A DNA stretch of 248,000 nucleotides from Wallemia ichthyophaga EXF-994 (taxonomy: Eukaryota; Fungi; Basidiomycota). The DNA is taken from assembly GCF_000400465.1 (NCBI RefSeq), contig NW_008806281.1, forward strand, positions 20,001 to 268,000. Direction: 5' to 3'. Numbering within the stretch: the stretch's first letter is position 1; every line of letters begins with the position of its first letter. A program made the translations under genes and the position numbers. This document shows, piece after piece, positions 165,901 to 180,341 of the stretch. Under the pieces are notes generated by a model that worked only from the letters and a program-made list of their open reading frames with translations, searched no databases and was not told the DNA's origin.

Positions 165901-168670
165901 CGCGAGCAGACCCTCAATCAATCCACTGCGGAGTAACTCAAAGCTAGACATGCTATCTTCACGAGTAAACCAATTGCCAAGCTTCTGCAGTGTTTCCTCT
166001 ATCTGTTCAGCAGGTGTAGTTGAGGATTTGAGACCTTGAACCATCTCACGAATTTCTGCAAGCGCAACTTTGGCATCATCGTAAGTTTCAGCACCATTTT
166101 GTTCCTCCAACTTTGCGAAGATTTCCTTCAGTGCCCTAGCTCTGGCAATAGCTGCATCAGATGGATTTACATTCGAAGCTCTATCGAGGCTCGCAGGTGA
166201 TGCGGTACCCGCAGCTGCTGAAGCAGCAGCGCTACCGGCAGCCAAGTAAGATGCGAGTCTGTTGGCTGGATTACCAGTTCCAAGACTAAGGAAACCTGGT
166301 GATGACTCAGCTTGCGGTATGTCAACTCTAAGGGCTCTTGCGAGGTTGGAAACAGGATCACCACCAAGTGGACCCTCGTCTCTTTCAGCCGTTGAGTTAG
166401 GCTCGGTCTGTTTCTCCTTATCGTCCTTTTCTGAGTTGAGCTTGTCATCGGCAATAACCTCAATCTCGTACATAACACCTTGGCGTCTGAGTGCTGAGTG
166501 ATAGACTTCAGGTAACTTGTTGACGAGAAGCTCAACGAGCTGAAGAGCACCAGTAACCAAGTTAGGGTTATCGCGTGAAGAAAGTATACCTCCAATAAAG
166601 CTAGCCATTGGAATAAATCTGAGTAGGTTCTGTAGTTCAGGTTCCTCTGCAAAGCTGACTATTTTGAGAAGACCAGCTAGTGCTTTACTGCGGACAGGTA
166701 AAGAGACAGATGCAGCGAAAACTTCCACAAATACGGGAAGCATAAGAGACATAAAGCGATCGATTGAAGCTGGGTTAGAGCGGAGACATTCAATGCGGTT
166801 ACGCATTGCTTCTTGACGTGTGGCCTCTCTCTGTCTGGTACGGTTGACAAGGCTTGGCGGTGCATGACTTTCAACCTCTTCATTTGCTCGTGAGCTCTCA
166901 TCTTGGCCTTCACCTGTTTTGTTTACGTATGACTTGTTATCAAATACACCAACTAATGGTTCGTTAGCTAAGTTAAATAAAAGGGAGCTACTCACCAGGT
167001 ACGATGGGTGGAAGTAGCTCTAACGAAAGACTGAGAGCCTCATCGACTTGATCTTTTGGCCTGTGAGCCAAGTTTTCGAGAACGACCATATCAGCTAAAC
167101 CGCCTTCACCAGGGGCAGAACCATCTTTCATTGCTTGCGTAGTTGGATCAGTTTTCTCTGGAACGAGTACACCAGTGAGAATGTTATAAAGAGTGTCAAC
167201 AATGCTGCCATCTAACAAGGCGATGGCAGCCTTAGCACTAGCTTTGCTTGCTGATGACATGGAGCGTAGGAGTGCAGTGAAGGTGTTAATAGTGATCAGA
167301 GGCGTACCTCCTGATCCAGAGGGTAAGAGAAGGCTGACGACTGCAGTAATAAGTGTGCCATCCTCGAGTAGCTTTTCGATAAGATCAGCTTTGTTCTTGT
167401 AACTGTCAATGATACGAACGACACAAAGACAAGCTTGCTCTACTAATCTTTGATCGGAATAACCAAGAACGTCGCGTATTTTCGGAATTGCGTCGTGAAC
167501 CATATCGAAGCTGTCTGGAGGAAGAGCGCGACAGCAGTTGGCGGCAGCGGTGAGCGCAGTACGTTGGACATGGGAATTGAAAAAGTCGAGGTATTGGAGA
167601 ATCGCGGTGAGACCGCCTTCTGAGACAATTTTGTTTGGAACCTCCTGAGCGAGTTTGCCAAGAGTAGAAACAGCTTCTTCAGCGAGGTCAACGTACTGAA
167701 CATCACGTAACTTTGAGCAAAGGATAGGGATAGCGCCGTTTTGAGCAACTCTAATTGATGAGCCGGGGAGGGCTTCCATGAGATTGGCCAAACAACGGCA
167801 AGCGAGGAGCTGAGCCTCACCAACGTTGTCACCGAAGCCACCACCACCAGAAGCAGCGAGAGCGGCCATTATCTCGGCTTCCTCCTGAGCTTCAGCTGAA
167901 AGAGGTTCTTTCTTATTTGATTGATCGGTTGTAGTCGGAGGATCGCCATTCATGATTGCAATTAGTTCTTTAGAGAAAGCTTCAACCTGGAAAGAGCCAG
168001 CGAGAGTTTCTTCAGTAGAAACAGCTAAAACTTCAGCTAACTCTTGAAGAGCAATCATGAGCTGTGTACCATCACCAGAGCCTAAGGGATGAGGACGTTC
168101 GCGGAGGTGTTGGAGGATATTCTTGTAGCGTGAGGATTGACCGAAGATCAAGCCACTGAGCATTCTATAGTCAGCAAGGAGAGCGTGATCGTCTTGAGGG
168201 ATTTCATCTAGGTGGTTGTCGTCGTCGTCGTCATGGTCTAAATCCTGGTCTAAATCAAGGTCATGGTCGTTGTGTTGCTGGTTGTGATGTTGTGGAGAAT
168301 TATCAAGGTTGGGTACGTCATTGCGAGCTTCTGCAGCAGCATCAGCTTCAGCCATGAGAAGGTCATCGTCGTGGTAGGTTGAGGAGTTTCTTTGTGGATT
168401 ACGTCTGTGGTTGGAAGTGTTTGGTTGACGAGATTTCTTAGATTTTTCATTTGGAACGTTTAATTGCTTCTTATCCATTTCTTTATTAGTAGATCTGAGG
168501 TTATACTTTGATTTCTTGTTACTTGTGGTTTCAACTGGTTGCTGGCTCTTTCTCTTTGAAGAACCTGGCTGTGGATTACTGTTGCTGTTGCTGTTGTTTG
168601 TATTGCTCGATTGACTTGTAGATTGCTGTGGATAACTTGGCTTATTTGATTTATTCCTCTTTGGTGGCAT
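162973..168670 (-). CDS. UFD4: HECT E3 ligase (TRIP12-like)
   Basis: ARM region, EEVGTGLGPTLEFY, FLQFLTGSPKLPIGG, LPSVMTCANYLKLP. Confidence 0.95.
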
Positions 168671-169164
168671 CTGATTTTTAATTCAAGATATCCATCAAAC
168701 GATCTCAATTTCTTATTTAGCTTGTGATGGTCGTTCGAGAGAAAGATCTAATCACGCTGTATCATATAAAGACTTTTAAATGAAAATATTCTTCTTATTT
168801 ACAATACATTTTTGGCCTTTAGATCTCTGGCTTCAAGCACTGTACAGCTCAAACCCACGTTTGTCTAAATTAACCAATCTCTATAGCCCTCCTCCGTTAG
168901 CAGCAATAGCGTGTACGCTAAAGCTCCTGCAGATGCTTTTCATCTACAAAAGGGCATTATCGTCTAATCGATTCCCCCAGTGACACACCCGCTATAGTTA
169001 ACTACTCACACGCACAATTTAAAATATATGCCTGAGATAAATAAACTTATAGCTGTATTTTACTCTTTTTAAAACCTTCATTATGCTCATCGTCGTTACT
169101 ACGAAACGAGCGACAATTTCCCTTTCTCCTGGTTGAATAAAAAATCTCGTAGGTTTCGACGTCG

Positions 169165-171907
169165 ATGGATCTTGCAAATAAGAACAGCGACGAGGAAGCA
169201 CCATTGCTATCTTCCTCATCTACCTCTGAGATGTCTATCCACGATAAGATGGCCACATCCCATGTTTATCCGCTTATCTGGACAATACGCAGAGATATCA
169301 TTAGAATTATTGAAACCCCTTTTTCCTGGGAGCAGCTACAATCTCCCCATATTACTTACAATGTCGTTCAAATCCTCGCTCTCAAGTATGGTTCCTTGTA
169401 CCACCAAAATTTGGCTATTGGTGTGTGTCCATTGGTTTCCTAGCTACTTGCTCATACCCCTATAAGTCTACTGTCTTCTCGTCAATAGAGTTCACTTTAT
169501 TAGCGAGTCAAGTTCCCCGGTGTGCACATCATATTGCGTCATTTTCTCTTTCTCTAACATAGCTGCAGACCCACATGGGCGTAAATGCAACCAGAGCTAA
169601 CCTCTGTGAACTACTTGCTCTCAAAGTCCTTCGAGTCTATGCTGATAAAGCTTCTTCCAAGATTGACTTAGCCTATGTCTTAGCTGGGCCATTCAGACTC
169701 TTTCAAGGTGCTTCAGAAGACGTCGTACAGAAAGTCATCGAAGAAGAAGGTGAAGGTCCTCTCTACAAAGCCAGCAATGCACTTGAGATCGCAATAGTGG
169801 GAAATGCAAAGCGCTTTATAAAAAGTGCACATTGTCAGAAAGTTATCAATTCCATTTGGAATGGCTCTGTAGTGTATACACCTGTTAACAAACACGCCTT
169901 TATCAGTGATTACTACAAGGTAAAGCCAATCACTTTCTTCAACCCCCGTCAATCACCTCTGCTAGATCACTATCGTCTAAAAGTTCCTCGTATACGCTCT
170001 GTCATTGAATACGTCAACTTCTGTATTTTATTCGCACTATTCGTTTTTGCAATTGAGTCTAATGAGCAACATTCTTTCAATATCATCGAAATCGGCTTCA
170101 TTTTTTATGCTCTGGGTTTCACATTGGAAAAGCTGGCAAGTACACAGGAGCATGGTTGGAAAGTATACTCAGCAAATCTTTGGAATGGGTTCGATTTGCT
170201 TTTCATTATCGATTTTCTCCATTACCTCGCTTTTAGAGTGTACGGTATCTGGTATGATCATCCAAAATATTCACTTCTCGGACTCGAAGTATTATCATGC
170301 GCAGCTGCTCTGCTGTTCCCTAGGTTGGCATTTGTTACGCTATCAAACAATCTTATGATTCTGTCAATCCGAGCTCTTTTCCTCGATTTCCTCTTCCTGA
170401 TGGCACTAGCCTTCTTCTGTTTCACCGGGTTTCTCTATGCTCTCTGGACCCTCGGTAGGGGTGCGTATACTTGGGAGGAACTAGCAAAATATATGCTTTT
170501 CATCGTGAGTTGAGTTTCTTTTTTAAAGACATTTCTCAACAACAGCAGTGGTTTGGATTGGATGGGACTGGATTCACCATAGCCCCAAACCTTCATCCAG
170601 TATTTGGGCCTGTGCTAATTGTGTTATATGCGTGTATCAGCAATACGCTTTTGCTCACAGTGCTCGTCTCGATTCTGTCTACGACATTTGCGAAAATAGA
170701 TGCCGACGCCGAAGCTGAGTATATGTTCAGACAGGCGGTGCAGACTATAGAAGGAGTCAAAAGTGATGCTTTGTTCGGGTACCAGCCACCATTGAACATA
170801 TTTGCATGGCTAGTGATGGCGCCTGCGCGATGGATACTGTCCCCACGGTGGTTCCACAAGTTCAACGTTTTCATGGTCAGAGCTACTGCGGCACCCATCC
170901 TGCTTATCATCTCGCTTTATGAGAGATATGAGCCAGAGACGCTGCGTTCCGTGTTGCCCTTCTACAAGAGGATCCAAGCGATGGCGGACAAGATTGGCGA
171001 GAGCCTGCCTCGGAAACTGAAAAACCTAACTCTGCTTGAAGGGTTGGTAGGGTCTGGCAAAGATGTAGCAGCTGCATTCGAGTACCATCCCGATCAAGGC
171101 TGGGATGAAGATGAGGAGGAGGATCTCGACTTCGTTGGCAAGACGCAGTTCAATCATGACGAGGTACAGCGCGCGACTACTGTGGCACGCGAGCAGCACT
171201 ATGGCACCGAGGAGAATGAACTGCATAGACGTATGTGCGAGGAAATTGAACAGCGCAGATTGAGTCAGATACCTTCGCGTAATGTACTCTCCCCTCAACG
171301 CATACAGCAGCAGAGGTTGCGCGATGAGCTGGAAGTGCTACAGCCTGGTTTTAGCAAAAGTGTGGGCAAAGAGCCAGAGTTACCCTTTCCTCAGACGCGG
171401 ATGGAGAGCGATGACAATGAAGATGCCGTCAGTCCACTGCTTAGTCAGACCGATCCTCCACCAGGAGTAAGCAACAGGAGGAAAACAGAAGGATCAACAG
171501 TTCTACGCCCCACCACTCAAGACACGGATAATGCCAGACTGCAGCGCATCCAAAAGGGACGCCCTCGCAGAATGTCGAATGTGGAACATACCCTCAGTCG
171601 CAATATAGGCAGTCTGAACAGCCCGCTGGCCAAAGCCTTTTCAACACGGCCGATGCTTAGCGCGTATAGGAAACCACGATCACATGAGTCGAATATTGGA
171701 TCGATACTGGCTAATCCAATTCAACAAGAGGGCGCTTTACAGCCGTCACGCAAAACCAAGAGTGACAATACATCGCCTCATCCCTCTCAGAATGTTCTTC
171801 AGGATAGCACCCAGTCGGAACAGATGCATGAAAAACTATCGACTATTGATGCTCGCCAGGCGCGAATGGAAAGCATACTCGAGCGCCTAGCCAAAAGTAT
171901 CGAATGA
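169165..171907 (+). CDS. Yvc1-like TRP cation channel
   Basis: RANLCELLA, LDHYRLKVP, NTLLLTVLVSIL..TF. Confidence 0.85.
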
Positions 171908-172017
171908 GCACCAGGAAATGCCAACGAGTAGAGCCTTCATGTAAACATGTGATGGTATTCATAAAGAAATTTCGTTACTTTGTCGTACGTTATACATTCC
172001 TAGTAACTTAATTCAGC

Positions 172018-173485
172018 TCATTGCTCGTTGATGATGATACTAGCTTTGCCCATTCCCGTGCCCTGAAATGCGATTAAATTGTTTCAGGTGAGAAGACATC
172101 CAACCTACAATGCACATAGAGGTACATAAAACCTTAGCACCAATTCTCTTAGCTTCTGATAAGATGGTTGCAATCTGACGAGCACCAGTGCATCCAAGAG
172201 GATGACCGAGGGCACTGCAAGTACGTTAGTATAACTAATTCGCGACATAGGCTAACGTACATGGCACCGCCGTTTGGATTGACTTTGACAGGATCTAATC
172301 CAAGTTTCTGAACGCAGTAGAGTGCTTGCGATGCAAATGCCTCGTTGATCTAGACATATCGTTAGAGTATTAAATTCACAACACCCACTCACCTCGTAGA
172401 TATCGACATCAGAGCTAGACAAACCAGCCTTTTGAAGAACCTTTGGAATAGCAACAGCTGGACCAATACCCATAATACGTGGTGGACAACCAACGTCAGC
172501 CGAAGCGACGAATTTGCCAAGAATAGGTAATTTAAGCTTCTCTGCGTTACTGCGCCTTGTGAGAACGACGGCAGCTGCACCATCTGAGACTTGAGATGCG
172601 TTGCCTGCGTGCGTACAACCATTCTGATCGAATGCTGGCTTCAGCTTGGCAAGAGTTTCCTTGGTGACGCCATCTCTGATACCATCGTCCTTGTCGATAA
172701 GTTTATGGGTACCATCTTCACTGTTGACCATGATAGGGGCGATTTCGTTAGTGAACTTGCCTGCCTTTTGAGCGGCTGCAGCTTTCTGCTGAGACTGTGC
172801 AGCGAATTCATCTTGAGCTGCGCGAGAAATACCGAAATCTTTAGCGACATTCTCAGAAGTGATACCCATTCTAAAATATTGTTAGGAGGGTTTAGAGTGT
172901 TGAAGAAAGACCCACGGAATTAGGCAATCGGCTGACTCTTGATTAGAGAGAACATCTTGGTCGAGGTTAGGTGGCATAGCGCCAGCGCCGTAGTGAGCAG
173001 TCATAGACTCAACGCCTGCACCAATACCAACGTCGATCTGGCCAGAAGCGATTTCGAGTGCGATCTGAGACACTGCTTGTAAACCAGACGAGCACTGGCG
173101 ATTAACGGTATTAATAGCTGCCGAGTGGGGAATACCAGCGTAGAGTTGGGCCATACGTGCAAGGCTGGCACCTCCACCTGGTGGCAAAACATTTCCAACG
173201 GCGATATCCTAATAAGCGAGTTAACCGGGTGAGTGATATCAGCAGTGCATACACACTTCGATAAGCTTTGGATCTAATTTGCCACGCTGGATGGATTCTT
173301 TAAAAGCGTGGGCCAGCAGTTTCTCTGGGAGAGTACCGGCTAAACCACCCTTTCTAGCCTGTGTGACGGGTGAGATATAAGTTTGGGATATGAGGAGATG
173401 GACGCACCCGAGTAATTGGTGTCCTTACAGCAGATACAATTACTACGTCATTTGCGTTCTTTGAGATTATATTTTGCTTTGCCAT
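172018..173485 (-). CDS. POT1: peroxisomal 3-ketoacyl-CoA thiolase
   Basis: [30 protein letters not shown]. Confidence 0.95.
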
Positions 173486-173542
173486 CGTCGTTGTGGTTAA
173501 AGAGATGTTGGTCACGTACACCCAAGTCTGATCAATTGACTA

Positions 173543-175694
173543 ATGAGATTTCATTCACGGCTTATGAATTTGAAGCCATCTCTTATCAATAAACCCGCTG
173601 ACGGTGTTAGGCCTGCAATTTGGAAGTCACTCGCACCGTACATCTCCAACCACCATCTTAAATTACCTGCGTTGCCAGTCCCATCTCTGGAAAACACTGC
173701 AGATCAAGTCTTAAATTCTATCAAGCCATTGACTAATGACGTCAACCAATTTACGCATCTTGAGGGGAAATTGCACAGATTTCTAGCCAACGAAGGCCCA
173801 GCACTCCAGCAGAGACTTATTTCACGCAGTCAAGATCCAGAGCACGTCAATTGGCTTGAGATGTATTGGGACGACGCAGCATACATGTCCTATCGCGATT
173901 CTGTCGTCGTCAACGTTTCTTACTTTTATGGTTTCGCACCACCAAAGCAAAAGCTGGATTTACCTCAGTATGCTGCTAGAGTTGCTCACCACGCTCTTCA
174001 ATTTAGAAAGTTGCTCTATGACGGCCAAATCGAACCTGATGCGATCGGTAGAGACAATTCACCAATTTGCATGAACTCGTACAGGTTCCTCTTTGACGCC
174101 TGCCGCATACCAGCCAAGCCAGCTGATTACGTCAGTGTGCAAAGACAAGGTATCGGCCATGTCGCAGTCGTTTACCGTGGTAATTGGTGGAGCATCCCGT
174201 CAACCACGGGCGACGGTACACCTCTCTCGATTTCAGAGCTTGAGCAAAATATAGAATACATCCTTGATCAGCAAGCCGAAGAGGGGTACGTTGGTCTTCT
174301 TACGACACGCAACAGAGATAAGTGGGCAGATGTGAGTGATCTTGGTCAGGAATACTTTTGCTCACGCTATCTAGGATCGATCTGCTCTGTTGCAAATTGA
174401 CAAAAAGAATGAAGAGTCTTTAGCTGCAATCGAATCAGCTGCCGTTGTTATCACATTAGACGGTAACCAAGCAATCAACTCGCCAGTCGATAAGTCTAGA
174501 CACCTCTGGCATGCAGGTGAAACAGGGAGATTCTCTAACAACCGCTTTGTCGACAAGCCCCTCCAATTCATCTGCTGGCAGGACGAGTCTTCTGAGACAG
174601 CTAGTGGTGGTTTTATGGGTGAGCATTCCTGTGCTGACGGGACGCAACCTCAAAGAGTCTGTGATTACGTTATGGAGAGCATTCAAAAGGCTTCACTGCC
174701 CTCAAATGAGCTGCTCGATCAAGATACTGTTAATGCAGAGAGAAGAGATACCCAAACACCAATCCCCCTCCCGTTCAACCTCGACGGTCTTCAAGGGTCA
174801 ATAAATGATGCCTGGAATGAGATCAAGGAGCTGGCAAATAGCCAAGTTCTTGGATATATCTTAACTAATTATGGCAAAGGAGCGATCAAGAAAGCAGGTT
174901 TTTCACCAGATGCGTGGACGCAGATGGTCATACAGCTCGCTTACTCTCGTTTGGCAGCTAGAGAAGGTGAAGAAGCATTCCCAGCTCCTACATATGAAGC
175001 AGCAATGACACGTTCATTCGCTAATGGCCGTACTGAATGTATTCGCTCAGCCACCACTGACAGCGCGACATTTACTAATGCTATGAACGATCCTTCTAAA
175101 ACCGCTGATGAACGTATAAACGCCTTGGAAGTCGCTGTAAAAACACACTTGAAAAATGCGAAGCAGGCCGGTTTAGCTCAAGGTTGCGATAGACATCTGT
175201 TTGGTAGGCAATTCAATCAGCTTTTAGCACGTACTTTGCTAATAGGTTCTTAAAAGGTCTGAAGAAATCACTGCTTCCTACTGAACCTGTGCCTGAGATT
175301 TTCAATGACGGGCTCCTCTCAAAATCAGGCACTTGGACACTGTGAGTGTAGAGAGCTGTGATTTAACTACACTTAACGACACTTCAGCTCAACCTCACAG
175401 ATATCATCAAAATACTTTGACACATATGGATGGGGCGAAGTGGTGCCAAGCGGGTGAGAGGTTTAGCAGTACCATTTGAAATATTCTAACCTTAATTCTA
175501 GTTTTGGAGTCGCCTACGCTATCTTCGAGGATTATCTTCAATTCACAGTAACAAGTCATAGCGCTTATGGCACAGCTTCAGAGAAGAATGACATGGGCAA
175601 AGAACGTAACGAAGCATTTTTGAAGGATTTGACCACAGCTGCGAACGACATGTTGTCGCTTTTTGGGTCTTCTGAACGTCAATCTAAACTTTAA
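173543..175694 (+). CDS. CAT2: carnitine O-acetyltransferase, C-terminal SKL
   Basis: LPALPVPSL, NWLEMYW, GEHS, TYEAAMTR. Confidence 0.92.
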
Positions 175695-176339
175695 GTCTAG
175701 TTGAGGGACCGCTGTGTCAGATATTTGCATAACGTTTACGATTTAATTAAACTCCATATAAATAATGAATACCTTTGATAAAACCAGCTGGGATTTGGTT
175801 ATCGAAAACCTGAAAATGGTCTCACTTCTGCTGATATGTGGTTAAGATAAATCTAACTTGGTAGCAAAATAAATTCAACGCAACATTCCAATTGCTTTCA
175901 TCGTACAGTACTCTACAAGATAACCTCGTTGAAGTGGAGGTTGCAAAAAGTTCTATGGATTGGCGCACATTGATAACAACAGGATTTCGTTTCATGTTAT
176001 ATTAAGCATGCTGAAAAAATTTTGATAAAAAACCAATACATGAACGCATTTAGTACCAACTGATATCAATATTGCGCGATAATCTTATAAATGAACTGCG
176101 ACTAGCATCACCGATTGCAAATCAGTCTCAAATTTGCGTTGAAATGCACATATTAAAGAATGTGTACTCGAATTTTAGGTCCTTTTATAACGTAATAAAG
176201 TAAAACCCTTATCCCCTTGACATCAAGACACAAATTGTCAGATAGTAAACCAAGACTTAGACCAGCCACAAGATACGATGAAGATCATGTCGCGTCGATC
176301 CACCCTACCTCCACATCCATATTCAAAAGGAAAAGAGCT

Positions 176340-177000
176340 AAAAAACCAGCTGATGGTGTTAGGCCTGCTTTGTGGAAGTCACTCACGCCGTACATCTCAA
176401 ACCATGATTTGAAGCTGCCTGCGTTACCAGTGCCATCTTTGGAGAATATAGTCGTGCAGTTGTTGACATTTGTCAAACCATTGACGAATGACGTCACCCA
176501 AGTCAGAGATCTCGAAGGCAAACTGAAGAAATTTCTAACAAAAGAGGACCTCAAGCTCCAGAAGAGGATAATTTCACACAGTCAAAATCCAGAGCACGTC
176601 AATTGGCTCGAGCAGTATTGGGACGACGCAACCTACATGTCTTATCGTGATTCTGCCGTTGTGAATGTATCTTATTATGCTGGATAGAAATCAATGAATC
176701 ACAATTGTAACTTAATTTAATATGCAGCTCGAATGGCTCACTTTGTTCTTCAATTCCGAAAGATGCTCTACGACGGCAATATCGGACCTGATACACGGCT
176801 GCAACAAAACGCCAATGTGCATGAACGCATACAGATTCATCTTTGATGCCTGCCGCATACCAGCCAAGCCAGCTGATTACGTCAGTGTGCAAAGACAAGA
176901 TATCGGTCACGTCGCAGTCGTTTACCGTGGTAATTGGTGGAGCATCCCGTCAACCACGGGCGACGGTACACCTCTCTCGATTTCAGAGCTTGAGCAAAAT
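176340..177000 (+). pseudogene. partial duplicate of CAT2 5' half
   Basis: KPADGVRPALWKSL...; internal deletion/frameshift; truncated at LINE tail. Confidence 0.88.
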
Positions 177001-177002
177001 AT

Positions 177003-177857
177003 AATGATGATGAAATCTGATTATATTGTTAAGACGATACATGTTATAAACCGCGTCCATCAATACTTCTTAAAGCATGAGGAGTCAAAGGGGATGCGGA
177101 ATTTACTGGAAGCGTTTCTTTACTAGCGTCGTAATTTGTAAATTGTTGGTGGTTCTCAATTACATTGAACCATCGGAGTATCTTTGGTACGTAGTCAATT
177201 GCGGTTTGAAGAACTCGTAAAGGGCTTGTAAAGAGTGTGTGTTTCTGAGTATTGGACCTAATTCGAACCGAATATTGATCTTGGTAATCTTCCTTCTTAA
177301 TGTGATTCTGGCCATTATGTGTCTTTTGAGTATGAAGATTCTATGCGAGATGGTGTCCTCTGTGCCATACGCACTGTATTTAGGTGAATCAATCAGTCGG
177401 AACCGGTAACGGTAAGACTTAGTCGTAGGGTAATGCCCTGACCGTAGCTGGGTGGCTAGGCATCTCGTTGAGTACCTTGGCCGTTTTTGCTGCTGTAAAT
177501 CTTCCAGTTGATGTTTTTGCGGCGTTGGACTTAAAAGATAGAAATCATAATACATAGTCAAAAGCGTTACAACTATAAATAATCTTCGCTTACCTATACT
177601 TCTTGTACATAGAAAGCTGACGATAATAGTAACTCAAAGGGATGCGGTTCTTGATACGTGTGCCGTAAATTGGGAGGTAACTACGTGGAGCTACCGGAAG
177701 CGCGCGTGTGGGTCCTGAGCTGGTTTTTGAAGAGCTCGTAGAGAGCGCGTTGGACTTAATGTCTAATATTTTGGAGGCTTCTACTTTTAGGGATGCTGTA
177801 TAGTGCTCACATATTCTGCGTCGCATTGCTGAGTGTAAGGGTACTCCACATAGTCCG
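177003..177857 (-). mobile_element. 5'-truncated LINE family A copy
   Basis: TQLRSGHYPTTKSYRYRFRLIDSPK; same 3' UTR and (CAT)n tail as 54.5k. Confidence 0.92.
177535..177746 (-). mobile_element. nested LINE family B 3' fragment with 13-bp TSD
   Basis: ALYELFKNQL...ST*; flanked by GCGTTGGACTTAA at 177522-177534 and 177747-177759. Confidence 0.85.
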
Positions 177858-177940
177858 AAAAAATTTCCCGAAAAGGATTTGAAGTAGTCAATGTCTAATA
177901 TTTACGATGTTGTTGCTACTTGAACGGTTCACACCATCAA

Positions 177941-178013
177941 GCCTTGCTAGCTCAATCGGTAGAGCGTGTGACTCTTAATCACAAGGCTGCGGGTTCGAGC
178001 CCCGCGTGGGGCT
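177941..178013 (+). tRNA. tRNA-Lys(CTT)
   Basis: Identical to other copies. Confidence 0.97.
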
Positions 178014-178408
178014 AATATTTTTGCATCGCTGTTTTTTTTCCAGAATTTAGCATGGTGAACCATTTTGTGCAGGGATATGAGAATAGGAGGATTTTTTTTT
178101 TTGCATCGACGTAGTCGCAGAAGCATTGCAATAGAAAAGGATTAATTGATGGAATGTAAGATATCTTATTTCCAAAATTCTCGCTAATGTATTTTTGGTA
178201 ACTGGTCTGCCGTGAACGTTTGTTTGGATAGGTGATAGTAGAGAGCTTTCAGTGTATCTTGCAGGTGGAGGATAGATCTTACGTTGTGGAAAAGAAATCA
178301 TCTAAAGCTTAACACTCACATGTAAAAATCTCAACAGAACCACACACACACACTTCTATAAATACAATAAAGTATGAATGAGTACAAAACCAATCACTTA
178401 AGTTAAAC

Positions 178409-179727
178409 TTAAGCGAGACGGCCAGAGGTAGAACCGTAGAAGGCAGCCTTTTCAGCTGAAGTTTGGAATTTACCGTGACCAATCTTGGATGATGTATCGA
178501 TGAACTTGAGGTTGACCTTTTCGAGGTGTGCTCTTGAGGTGTGCACTTGGTGGGACTTTCTCAAAGTGATAGCTCTCTTCTTTGGACCAACGATACAACC
178601 CTTGAGCATGATGAAGTCGTTTTGAACAACACCGTAGTGAGGGAAACCACCCATTGGAGTGATTTGCTTGTCAGTTGGGTCAAAGTCGGTAGAAGCGTTC
178701 TTGTTGTCTTCACCGTTTGCGATTCTGTACACCTTCTTGTTGAGTTCGGTACGGTGGTGGAAACCATCCTGACCAGAACGCGCAACAGTGAACATGACGT
178801 TGGATGGGTGCCAAGCACCAATACAAGCAACCTTTCTAAGACCCTTGTGAGTCTTTCTTGGGAGACGAGTGACGTTCCATCTCTTGGTGACACCCTCGTA
178901 ACCTCTACCCTTGGTGATACCGATGGCATCGATGACCTCGTCTTGTTCGAAGACAGATGAGGCGTTGAAGGTCTTCTCGAAGTGAGACTTGGCGAAGTCA
179001 ACCTTGTCAGCGACTGAGCCACCGTTCACTTGAATCTCCATGAGGTGGGCCTTCTTTTGCTGGAGAGAAGTCTTTGAGACTTGGGTGTGAGCCAAGACAC
179101 GAACGACTTGACAGTACTTCTTGATACGCTCGATTTCACGAGAGATGGAAGCACCAGAGTTCTCAGAGTGCTTCTTAGCGTACTTGGTGAAAGCCTTCTT
179201 CTTTGAGCGGTACCAGTTCTTGTAGAAGCGACGCTTGAGTTCGTCACTAAGGTGCTCAGCCCAAACGGTGGTGAGTGAGCGGAGACCTCTTGGAGTCTCG
179301 ACGTAACCGACAACACCGACGACAGCCATTGGAGGAGTTTCGACGATGGTGACTGGCTCAACGACTTCACGCTTGTGCATCTTTGAGCCTAAGAGGGTGT
179401 AAGAGGAGGATGAAAAATTTCTAAAAACACGAACCTGGTCTGTCGAGGTCTCTGACGACGTGGGTCATACCAGCCTTGTAACCCATCAAACCAGTGAGGT
179501 GGACTGGCTTCTTAGCGTCATCCTTAGGGAAAGACTTGCACTTTCCTCTAGCACTGGGTGGGTGTTAGGCTGTGAAGCGGGAAGACAGCCAAATAACTTA
179601 CCCGACGTTAGTGCAGCGCTTCTTTGGCAAGAATCCTAAAGAACCGTGTCTTGGGGCCTAAATTTGATTAGAGTTCGTCTTGGTTGGTGTACGTGTGGCT
179701 ACTCACTTCGTACTTTCTGTGAGACAT
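178409..179727 (-). CDS. RPL3: 60S ribosomal protein L3
   Basis: MSHRKYE..., [19 protein letters not shown]. Confidence 0.98.
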
Positions 179728-180341
179728 CTGAGAAGACGTTAGAATGATGCAAATGAGAGGGAATAAGTCCCAATATGAGAAGGAGTGTACTGCATAATAT
179801 CCACCAGCATTTCAACCTTCCTTACGCTCACGCTTTAAACTAAGCTAAATCTGATTCCGCAGATAAAACGCAGCAACTCTTATTCAAATACTGGGACTTG
179901 TCTAAACCTACCCTCAAGTGGCCGTTGTTCGAGCTAAAGAGCAATTTCTGATTGATTCTCGAGCGATGCGTCAAATTTACATTTTCAATCAAAAATCCAA
180001 AATTCTGAATAATGGGTTAAATTAAATTTAAAATCCATTATTCTCATCTGAAATACTATTCTTTCTAAATTACTGATTATTTACACTTTCAACTGACGTG
180101 AAGATTTTCAATCGATAATGCAAAGAGATAAATGGGTTGGATGTATTCAAATGAGCTATATGTACTATAATATATATAAATTACTATCGAATTGCACCGA
180201 ATTGAGTTAATTGATCGTATGTCATAGGGACTCAAACTGCTGAGCGATTACGCTCTATACCTCTGTACAATATTGGTAATACACATCAGCCGAAGCCTTG
180301 AGCCTTCCGTCACCATCTCTTACCTCAACAACCAACAGCCA

